A stretch of 64,000 nt of DNA from Haplodiscus bocki (Eukaryota), in the NCBI GenBank assembly GCA_965655095.1, contig OZ296650.1:112344001-112408000 (forward strand), in the 5' to 3' direction. The position numbers and the translations under genes are program-made. How positions within the stretch are numbered: the first letter of the stretch is position 1; each line of letters begins with the position of its first letter. The notes beneath the pieces were generated by a model, which saw only the letters and a list, made by a program, of their open reading frames with translations, did not search any database and was not told the DNA's origin. Shown here piece after piece: positions 13,432 to 23,400 of the stretch.

Positions 13432-15510
13432 TGAAATGTGAAAAGATCAGCAGTTCGATGCCATCAAATGAAAAGTATAATTATTTTAATTTACTTAATC
13501 ATATGGGTTCAATTAATTGTTTACAGATCTATAATCAGACAAAATGCCTAAAGAAACCATATCGATTTTCCCCATTGAGCCAGCCATGGGGACTTCACAA
13601 TTCATGAAGTTTTTCCACCTGATTTTGTGCTGTTTGGTGAATCTTGTTTTGGTCAAAGACTTTTTAACTAGTTTATACTAGTTTTATTCAAGAAAATAAG
13701 TCTACCTACGGAAAGCATTATTTCGTTATAGTACAGATTGTCGCGGGTGTACTAAGTTAATTGTTTACTATTGTTCTCGCTAGCTAATATTGCTGAGCGG
13801 CGTGTGCGGCCATATGTCTGCGTTATCGTGTAAGTCTCAAAAGCTTACACTGTTATTAGCTTTGTAAAATTGCCTTGCTAAACCGCGCGAACAAAGTTGC
13901 GTAAGTTCTACTAGCAAGGACTTGGTGAGCAAAGAAAGAGTATAAAATAAGAGATGAATTATTTGGTGAATATACGGAAATGGCAGTCAACTTGTACAAA
14001 GTAAATGTGTACAAGATAAGGTGAAATTTCCGATGGGTGAAATTATCAGGGGTGAGATTTGAGAAATCCGAATTATTAACTTTCAGCAGCCACCTTCTAA
14101 ATTTTATAAAGCAACTTCTACAAATTCACAACCATTATAATATCAATTTCAACTGTAATATATCAATTTTGTATCACACGACTGTAATATAGAATAAGCA
14201 ATTTTACCCCCGAAATCCAAAGAATTATTCTTCTATCCACTGTATATTTATTCCCTTGTATAATATTCGAAAATATCAAGAAATTTCCAGCACAAAGATA
14301 TCAACCAGAAAGCATCCAAAATTTTACAATATCCAAAATATTCGAAGAAAGAATTTATAATAGATTCGAAGTTTATCGCATGATAAATTCGAAGATAATA
14401 AATTCGAAGTTTTAAGGCATCGCAGTTTTGATAAAGCATAATAAATCAGATTTAACAATAAGTTTAGCTGAAATTTTTATTATTCAAATAAATGGAGTAA
14501 AACAGCAATTGACAATATTAAACTTACAAATCTTCCCAAAAATTATTGGAAATGTTTATCATGAATAAGTTGAGGTAAGTTTTGGCAGTGCTTTTTATTT
14601 TTGGAGCTAGGACGAATGGTAACATTCGTTGTTTCTAGCTTGGCTTTTTTGCCCTTTTTGTTTTGTTTAGTTTTACGCTTATGTTATATGTAAGTTTTAG
14701 TTAAGACTTCGGTGACATACCATAAAGCAGTTAACCGAGTCAATTTCCTTAAGTTCCTCCTTTAGTCAAGTGTTGTCCACTGACGAGGCGCTTTCAAGTA
14801 TTTCAATTTTAGTTAGTAAGTTATCTGGTTTAGCCTTTTGTCTATGACTATGGTAACGTGCATAGAGCAGTTAACCAAGTCAGGTCTCTTATGGTCCTCT
14901 TTTGGTCAAGTGTTAATCCACTGACGAGGCGCTTTCATGTATTTTCGCTTTTAGTCTAACGACTCAGTACTTGTTTAACATAGTAACTGGCCGAGAAATC
15001 TTAATCCACTTTTTGTCCATACCGTGACATAGTCCTCGGATTTTGTTGGAGGGGTTTGAATTGTTTTAGCCTTTTAGATTTTATCTAAGACTCAGTGTTA
15101 CTCGTGTTTACGGTTACTGAGCTGGTTTCTCTTATGTTCCCTTGTCTCAAACGCGGTAGTTTACTCGCGTAATTGTTGAGTGGGTTTATCTTTTACTTTT
15201 GCAATTTTCGAATAACCAGTAGTTTATTAACTGACTGGGTTTGGAGTGCAAAAATCTTCTAAGAATTTCTAGAGAGATTTACTCTGCTAGTAGATTAAAC
15301 TAGAAACTCACGGATACCATCGTTGAAGTTGAGAAAAGGGTGTTGATGTTCGGGTTCTCTAGGTCTTTGGTGGCTGTTCGAGAATGTTAGAAGTTGCTCG
15401 CTGAGAAGCGGTAGGGAGTTAGAAGTTGAAGAGGAAGTCGAGAAGAGTTTCGCCTCGCGGATTTAAGCAGGTGAATTGTGGCAAGCGAATGAATACTATG
15501 GAAGTGCGCG

Positions 15511-15566
15511 GGGTATTTATACCCGGATGGTTACGTGTCCTTTCAATTTTGGGCGAGAGCCAATAG
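15511..15566 (-). promoter_or_regulatory. LTR promoter module 1 (CCAAT plus TATA box); copy at 22261-22316
   Basis: Minus strand GGGTATAAATACCC (15511-15524), Inr-like TCATTC ~30 nt downstream, CCAAT (on +) ~40 nt upstream. Confidence 0.6.
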
Positions 15567-15616
15567 GATCATTCGACGAGCGAATCGAAAGCAGGTAAGT
15601 TGGCTCTGTATAACAG

Positions 15617-16080
15617 AAATTTGGCAAAGACAAGTTTAGGAATTGTTTTAGAATAATTCTAGTCCAGTAGATGAAGAGATTTGGCAAAGACAGGTTTAGG
15701 AATTGTCTTAGAATAATTCTAGTTGAGTAAATGAAGAGATTTGGCAAAGACAGGTTTAGGAATTGTCTTAGAATAATTCTAGTTGGGTAGATGAAGTGAT
15801 TTGGCAAAGACAAGTTTAGGAATTGTCTTAGAATAATTCTAGTTGAGTAGATGAAGAGATTTGGCAAAGACAAGTTTAGGAATTGTCTTAGAATAATTCT
15901 AGTTGAGTAGATGAAGAGATTTGGCAAAGACAAGTTTAGGAATTGTCTTAGAATAATTCGAGTTGAGTAGATGAAGAGATTTGGCAAAGACAAGTTTAGG
16001 AATTGTCTTAGAATAATTCTAGTTGAGTAGATGAAGAGATTTGGCAAAGACAAGTTTAGGAATTGTCTTAGGATAATTCA
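15617..16080. repeat. 60-bp tandem array in 3' LTR (~7.7 units)
   Basis: Unit GAGATTTGGCAAAGACAAGTTTAGGAATTGTCTTAGAATAATTCTAGTTGAGTAGATGAA in exact 60-bp register. Confidence 0.97.
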
Positions 16081-16193
16081 ATGATGAGCATTTTAGTTTG
16101 AAATTAGGATGAGGGCGAAGAGAAAGAGAGTTTCGCCTCGGGGAAGTAGGATAGTTAACTGAGGAGAGCGATTGAATAAAACGAGAGTGTACA

Positions 16194-16240
16194 GGGTATT
16201 TATACCCAGTTATGGCGCAATCGAGTGATCGTCCAATAGG
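16194..16240 (-). promoter_or_regulatory. LTR promoter module 2 (CCAAT plus TATA box); copy at 23640-23686
   Basis: Same GGGTATAAATACCC (16194-16207), CCAATAGG at ~16233, and the downstream GAGGCGAAACTCT block shared with module 1. Confidence 0.6.
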
Positions 16241-16328
16241 AGAGCGCCTGAAGATAGCAATGTTTGCTTTGGGATCATTTGATCGGTGAGGAGAGGTGAG
16301 GAGTGGCGGTTGTTCAGAATTGTTGAGG

Positions 16329-16570
16329 TTTTTGCGGCTAAGTCATAATTCGACTTAGAATATTTTCGCTGACGAGTGTTTTGCGGCTAAGTCATAATTT
16401 GACTTAGAGTATTTTCGCTGAAAGCGATTTTGCTGCTAAGTCATAATTTGACTTAGAATATTTTCGCTGATGAGCGATTTGCGGCTAAGTCAGAATTTGA
16501 CTTAGAATATTTTCGCTGATGAGCGATTTGCGGCTAAGTCAGAATTTGACTTAGAATATTTTCGCTGATC
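16329..16570. repeat. ~49-50-bp tandem array with internal hairpin (5 units); copy at ~23775-24016
   Basis: Unit TTTGCGGCTAAGTCA(T/G)AATTTGACTTAGAATATTTTCGCTGATGAGCGA; CTAAGTCA/TGACTTAG forms a stem. Confidence 0.93.
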
Positions 16571-17165
16571 AAGAAAGGCGAGAGAAGAGGAAGTTCAAAG
16601 TTTTTAAGAGTAGAGGCGAAGAGGAAAGAAGAGAGCAAGTTGTTGACGGTAAGCGAGTGAGTGAATAAATGATTCCTTCAGTTCTGCCAAATGACTCTAA
16701 AATGGCATCATGCTGTTTTTTCATGCCACCAATAGAAAAACAGCACATGTTCGTCATGTCATACCTACTGGCCAATAGGCTGATAGTAGATTTTGGGCAA
16801 ATTCGAAAATTTAATTTTTCTTCAATTTCGTCATCAATTTGTGCAATTCTAATCGAGTAACCTCCAAATTTCTTCATGCCGCCACAAAGTCGGCAAATAT
16901 TTAACCCCAAATATAATCTCCAGTTTTGCCGTCGTATTGTCTGAGTTTCTGGGCTTTATCAGTTTTCTATTTCCTGGGTGACCAGGGACTTTTATTTGCG
17001 CCCAAATATTCGTCGTAGTTGTGCCGAAGCTTCTGCTTGGTAAGTCAACTTTAATTCCGCCGTAATCTTTACTAGCTCGTATTTCCTGTATAATTAACAA
17101 ATATACAAACTGCACTGATAAATTTTGGTGTTTATCTGAAATCTGATAAATCTTGGGCTCGCCAT
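16569..17165 (-). pseudogene. Decayed ~198-codon ORF inside the LTR (U3 side); copy at 24015-24611
   Basis: ATG in CAAAATGGCG at 17165 is in frame with ORF 16569-16910; the frame reads MASPRFIRFQINTKIYQCSLYIC*LYRKYELVKITAELKLTYQAEASAQLRRIFGRK*KSLVTQEIEN**SPETQTIRRQNWRLYLGLNICRLCGG... with four internal stops. Confidence 0.4.
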
Positions 17166-17365
17166 TTTGGGCAGAAATCTCTCGAGGTTAGTTTCAACTT
17201 TTCTTTATTATAAAATCATAAAACTGCGATTTTCCATTAGGTTTGAGCAGTAGTCATAACGCGATAACTCAACCCACTGAAAAAGAACAAAATTTGATTT
17301 GGGGGCTCAAGGGAAAAGAAGGAAGGACTGGATAGAGTTTAAAAAAGGCATCAATTCTAGAGGAA

Positions 17366-18094
17366 TTAAAGTCCTAAATGAGGAAGGGCAGCAACAGCTC
17401 CTTGGGGAACCGTGATGCATTGGGTAGATAAAGCTGGATTCTGAATAGTCAGTTCTTTCCGTTGGTTGTCCCAATGGATAATTTGCCAAGAGTTGAACTC
17501 GGGTTTCAAGCCATAGCGAAGTTGGGAGTTGATCCGTGGTCGGATAATTGCTGTCGGTTTCGAAACAAGAGAGTCGCTGCGATGTTGGTAGTTATGTACT
17601 GAATTAGCAGTCTTGGTGCGGTGCTTAAACTGATTGGGGCGCGGAAGAAGGGGGGTACAGTTAGTTGGAAACGAATAAGCGGGTGGAAGCTCGTTTTGAT
17701 ACTCATTAGTGCCGTCTGCGAATTGTACGCCTGCAGTTGGTGAAGCTTCAACTGCGGGGTCGCTATCACTGGCTTCAATGGTGGAAGTGGAATCAGGACT
17801 AACTGGTTTGTCGTTCGGATATTGGTTTGGAAGAAGCATCAAAGGAGAAATTGGGGGTGAAATAAACATCACTTCTGAGTCAATGGACACGGCAGCACTA
17901 GAGGGTCGCACCAGGTCGTCGGGACTTGATGGGTCCAAGTGTCGTAAATCCGAGTTCAGGTTTGAAAAGATAGCAAAGATGTTGTCATGAGAAGAGCAAT
18001 CTTCAGTAGTCTCCGTCATGGAGTTCGGTAGGTCTGGCATCCTTAATTGCAATCGAACTCTATCGTACCTGGCCAAAAACAAAGAATCATGTAA
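17366..18094 (-). CDS. Ser/Pro-rich accessory ORF (~240 aa) of the LTR element, in the env position, possibly a spliced exon
   Basis: ORF 17366-18100 lies just upstream of the 3' LTR and is preceded on the minus strand by CTAAT...CTTTTTGATTGCAG (branch point and acceptor-like); no recognisable domain. Confidence 0.5.
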   Translation of the reverse strand, partial: LHDSLFLARYDRVRLQLRMPDLPNSMTETTEDCSSHDNIFAIFSNLNSDLRHLDPSSPDDLVRPSSAAVSIDSEVMFISPPISPLMLLPNQYPNDKPVSPDSTSTIEASDSDPAVEASPTAGVQFADGTNEYQNELPPAYSFPTNCTPLLPRPNQFKHRTKTANSVHNYQHRSDSLVSKPTAIIRPRINSQLRYGLKPEFNSWQIIHWDNQRKELTIQNPALSTQCITVPQGAVAALPHLGL

Positions 18095-19397
18095 CTGCAA
18101 TCAAAAAGTGAACATTAGATTTCAAGAAACATAATCTGTCCCCGGAACCAAGTAAGTGGGAGAAAGGAAAAATAGCTGACTTGACCACCGGATTCCCAAG
18201 TGGAAAAGGTCTCTCTATTCTTTCAGAGGAAAAGCTATGGAAAATGCCGTAATATATTTTACCGGCTCTTCGCAGGCACTAACACGAAGTGGTAGCACTA
18301 GATTTAAAGAGTCGCTACACTACTCTATTAAAACGACGCCGAGATTTTTATAAAGGACGCCGGTTTGAAACCGGACGGTCAAAAAGTGCCAAATCAATCT
18401 AGCCTCTTCCGTAACTATATCAAGATTAATAAAGTCTGTCAGCCTATTTTCAGGCTGTCTGTCATGGTGATTTGAGAGTAATATAGTCTGGAAAGCCTCG
18501 TCAGGCTTGCAAAAGATGTGTGGGCCCTTTAAATATAATTGGGATAGAGGAAGAATAAGTAACTTGTTGAAGTAAACGTTAGAAAAATTTTGTAATTATC
18601 AGCTTGTTCCAGGGTTCTATATTTGATGTGAAGATTGTTCCCACTTAGTTAGACTGAAAGCGGGTGGACTGTTGATCAGTGACACCTCGTGAAATACCCC
18701 AAGGTCTTTGTCCGTAATCATGAGAATCGTCCAGGCTTTGGTTTTCCCCGTTCGTCCAATTTTCGGAGATATATAGGATATATAGGGTCACAAAGAGGCT
18801 GGCGAAATCTTCTTTTCAGGCTATTATGGGTATAAGTATCGCAGCGAGTAGATTCTCAACAATCCGGATTCTGACTTAAAGGGAGTTCCCGTCAGTAATC
18901 CAAAAGATGTTAAAATATTGTGATCTCCTTCAGATGTCATTGATGTTGTCGAAAGCGTAAAGAGCGTTGATCTGTGAAACCTCGTGGCTTGCAACGAGTT
19001 GATTCTCAACAACCCCAATCTAACTTTGGAGAATGTTTTTGGCAGGTTTTCAAAGCTGGATAGAAGGGTTCTAAAGATTGTTTATCATGAATATGTGCTC
19101 TCAGTGAAGTATCTTTGGCTTCCACTTGCAGCGAAGAGTTAGTTCTGGGTTTCTGGTTGGTTTTTCATATGGCCGGGGACCTTGGAGGATATCGGAGTTC
19201 ATGTCAGAGATTCCAAAAAGAACTGCGAAGATAATTTTTGTTGAGGGGACCTTGTATCCAGGCATAATGACGGAGGTTAGGATGTGACGATTAGTTGTTC
19301 TTAAGCAATACGAAACATACCATCAATTAACATTAAGAGTCATAAAAAAAAATAACGAATGAGATAATAAAACATACAAAATGGTTTTACAAAGGCT

Positions 19398-20395
19398 TCA
19401 GTAACCCAATGGAAGCGGGTTAGACAGTTCATTGTCAGAATCTGCGGCTGAAGTGAATTCTGCAGCATTAAAGCGCATGCCACTGTTCCTTGAAAAGGAT
19501 CTTCGTTCAGGTGGAGTGATTTCGTTAGATTCATCTGGCCCGGTTTCTTCTTCGGTAGTTAGAGGAAGTTCGTTCGTTGGATTGTGCCCATCGTCCGAAT
19601 TAAGACATTGTTCCACGTTTTGATCGTATTGGGCACTGCGGCCGACAGCATTAGTGCCAATGTTCTGGTTAGGAACATGATTACTTTTGGAGGACATTTC
19701 ATATTGTATTTTTCGTAATTCTCCGTCTCGCATTTTTTTGCGACACCATTTTGGTGTGTGTCCGTTTTTATGACAATAGTTACAAAACCGGACAGTTTTT
19801 TGTTTTCCCTTTTGGGTGGGAGCCCATGGTCTAAATTTTTCCTCCATGGCATTAAGTCGGTGTTCCTGAAGTTCTACTCGGAGGTTTCTCATTTCCTGAC
19901 CCAGTGTAGCCAGTTGAATTTTGACTTGTTCCAAATCATGTAGAAAATTCGAGGATACTTGTAACGTTGGATCCTCCTGAATATTATGAGTTGAAAAGTC
20001 ATTCCAGGTAGCGTTTGGGTACTCCATTAATTGTTCTTGGGCCTTTAGCTGTAAATATTTTGGTTCAAGTCCTCTCAGATTGCAGTCCATGTACCTTTGC
20101 TTTTGTTGTCTTTTTGTGTTGTTCGTTCTGCGTTTTGTTGCGTATTTGGGATACCATTCGTATCATCAGGCCAACAATGTTCAACTTCCAATCGATGGCG
20201 AAACTTATTTCGTCCATCTGAGAATCTAGTAATGAAGTTCATTTTCATTCCATTCCACAAGGTGGTTGCTTCGGTCAGTTGTAAAAAAGATTCAGCATCT
20301 ATATCGGATTCCGTCCAGGAAAACTTGTCTGAGGCTGCGTAAGGATAGGCAAGGTGAATAGCAGTTATTGTAATGAATATCAAAAGAAACATCAC
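19398..20395 (-). pseudogene. gag: Gag-like gene of the LTR element, split by a frameshift near 20080-20100
   Basis: ORFs 20075-20395 (DKFSWTESDIDAESFLQL...FITRFSD) and 19398-20090 (coiled coil then zinc knuckle CNYCHKNGHTPKWC = Cx2Cx4Hx4C), directly downstream of the PBS. Confidence 0.85.
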
Positions 20396-20459
20396 CCATA
20401 CAAATATAGCTCCAAAGCAAACTGCACAATTTATAAAATATATTCAAAGTTGCTCACAA

Positions 20460-20481
20460 TCGAGCCTCACTGGTCGCACCA
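20460..20481 (-). promoter_or_regulatory. tRNA primer-binding site
   Basis: + strand TCGAGCCTCACTGGTCGCACCA reads as a tRNA 3' end (T-loop, T-stem, acceptor strand, discriminator, CCA), 3 nt from the 5' LTR end. Confidence 0.9.
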
Positions 20482-20484
20482 GTT

Positions 20485-23400
20485 TGTCGCGGGTGTACTA
20501 AGTTAATTGTTTACTATTGTTCTCGCTAGCTAATATTGCTGAGCGGCGTGTGCGGCCATATGTCTGCGTTATCGTGTAAGAAAGTCTCAAAAGCTTACAC
20601 TGTTATTAGCTTTGTAATTTTGCCTTGCTAAACCGCGCGAACAAAGTTGCGTAAGTTCTACTAGCAAGGACTTGGTGAGCAAAGAAAGAGTATAAAATAA
20701 GAGATGAATTATTTGGTGAATATACGGAAATGGCAGTCAACTTGTACAAAGTAAATGTGTACAAGATAAGGTGAAATTTCCGATGGGTGAAATTATCAGG
20801 GGTGAGATTTGAGAAATCCGAATTATTAACTTTCAGCAGCCACCTTCTAAATTTTATAAAGCAACTTCTACAAATTCACAACCATTATAATATCAATTTC
20901 AACTGTAATATATCAATTTTGTATCACACGACTGTAATATAGAATAAGCAATTTTACCCCCGAAATCCAAAGAATTATTCTTCTATCCACTGTATATTTA
21001 TTCCCTTGTATAATATTCGAAAATATCAAGAAATTTCCAGCACAAAGATATCAACCAGAAAGTATCCAAAATTTTACAATATCCAAAATATTCGATGAAA
21101 GAATTTATAATAGATTCGAAGTTTATCGCATGATAAATTCGAAGATAATAAATTCAAAGTTTTAAGGCATCGCAGTTTTAATAAAGCATAATAAATCAGA
21201 TTTAACAATAAGTTTAGCTGAAATTTTTATTATTCAAATAAATGGAGTAAAACAGCAATTGACAATATTAAACTTACAAATCTTCCCAAAAATTATTGGA
21301 AATGTTTATCATGAATAAGTTGAGGTAAGCTTTGGCAGTGTTTTTTATTTTTGGAGCTCGGACGAATGGTAACATTCGTTGTTTCTAGCTTGGCTTTTTT
21401 GCCCTTTTTGTTTTGTTTAGTTTTACGCTTATGTTATATGTAAGTTTTAGTTAAGACTTCGGTGACATACCATAAAGCAGTTAACCGAGTCAATTTCCTT
21501 AAGTTCCTCCTTTAGTCAAGTGTTGTCCACTGACGAGGCGCTTTCAAGTATTTCACTTTTAGTTAGTAAGTTATCTGGTTTAGCCTTTTGTCTATGACTA
21601 TGGTAACGTGCATAGAGCAGTTAACCAAGTCAGGTCTCTTATGGTCCTCTTTTGGTCAAGTGTTAATCCACTGACGAGGCGCTTTCATGTATTTTCGCTT
21701 TTAGTCTAACGACTCAGTACTTGTTTAACATAGTAACTGGCCGAGAAATCTTAATCCCCTTTTTGTCCATACCGTGACATAGTCCTCGGATTTTGTTGGA
21801 GGGGTTTGAATTGTTTTAGCCTTTTAGATTTTACCTAAGACTCAGTGTTACTCGTGTTTACGGTTACTGAGCTGGTTTCTCTTATGTTCCCTTGTCTCAA
21901 ACGCGGTAGTTTACTCGCGTAATTGTTGAGTGGGTTTATCTTTTACTTTTGCAATTTTCGAATATTCAGTAGTTTATTAACTGACTGGGTTTGGAGTGCA
22001 AAAATCTTCTAAGAATTTCTAGAGAGATTTACTCTGCTAGTAGATGAAACTAGAAACTCACGGATACCATCGTTGAAGTTGAGAAAAGGGTGTTGATGTT
22101 CGGGTTCTCTAGGTCTTTGGTGGCTGTTCGAGAATGTTAGAAGTTGCTCGCTGAGAAGCGGTAGGGAGTTAGAAGTTGAAGAGGAAGTCGAGAAGAGTTT
22201 CGCCTCGCGGATTTAAGCAGGTGAATTGTGGCAAGCGAATGAATACTATGGAAGTGCGCGGGGTATTTATACCCGGATGGTTACGTGTCCTTTCAATTTT
22301 GGGCGAGAGCCAATAGGATCATTCGACGAGCGAATCGAAAGCAGGTAAGTTGGCTCTGTATAACAGAAATTTGGCAAAGACAAGTTTAGGAATTGTTTTA
22401 GAATAATTCTAGTCGAGTAGATGAAGAGATTTGGCAAAGACAGGTTTAGGAATTGTCTTAGAATAATTCTAGTTGGGTAAATGAAGAGATTTGGCAAAGA
22501 CAGGTTTAGGAATTGTCTTAGAATAATTCTAGTTGGGTAGATGAAGTGATTTGGCAAAATAATTCTAGTTGGGTAGATGAAGTGATTTGGCAAAGACAAG
22601 TTTAGGAATTGTCTTAGAATAATTCTAGTTGAGTAGATGAAGAGATTTGGCAAAGACAAGTTTAGGAATTGTCTTAGAATAATTCGAGTTGAGTAGATGA
22701 AGAGATTTAGCAAAGACAAGTTTAGGAATTGTCTTAGAATAATTCTAGTTGAGTAGATGAAGAGAATTGGCAAAGACAAGTTTAGGAATTGTCTTAGAAT
22801 AATTCTAGTTGAGTAGATGAAGAGATTTGGCAAAGACAAGTTCAGGAATTGTCTTAGAATAATTCGAGTTGAGTAGATGAAGAGATTTGGCAAAGACAAG
22901 TTTAGGAATTGTCTTAGAATAATTCTAGTTGAGTAGATGAAGAGATTTGGCAAAGACAAGTTTAGGAATTGTCTTAGAATAATTCTAGTTGAGTAGATGA
23001 AGAGATTTGGCAAAGACAAGATTAGGAATTGTCTTATAATAATTCTAGTTGAGTAGATGAAGAGATTTGGCAAAGACAAGTTTAGGAATTGTCTTAGAAT
23101 AATTCGAGTTGAGTAGATGAAGAGATTTGGCAAAGACAAGTTTAGGAATTGTCTTAGAATAATTCTAGTTGAGTAGATGAAGAGATTTGGCAAAGACAAG
23201 TTTAGGAATTGTCTTAGAATAATTCTAGTTGAGTAGATGAAGAGATTTGGCAAAGACAAGTTTAGGAATTGTCTTAGAATAATTCTAGTTGAGTAGATGA
23301 AGAGATTTGGCAAAGACAAGTTTAGGAATTGTCTTAGAATAATTCTAGTTGAGTAGATGAAGAGATTTGGCAAAGACAAGTTTAGGAATTGTCTTAGAAT

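Larger units (their letters stand above)
13739..17266 (-). repeat. 3' LTR (3528 bp)
   Basis: About 99% identical to 20485-24712 outside the 60-bp array (about 20 substitutions and one 4-bp indel by eye). Confidence 0.95.

Noticed and set aside
16329-16570. CRISPR-like array of palindromic repeats
   Set aside because: Sequence between the hairpins is also repeated (no unique spacers), there are no cas genes, and the context is a eukaryotic LTR.
14778-16570. Hammerhead ribozyme suggested by CTGACGAG/CTGATGAG motifs in LTR repeats
   Set aside because: No stem II followed by GAAA on the same strand; the catalytic core cannot be assembled.
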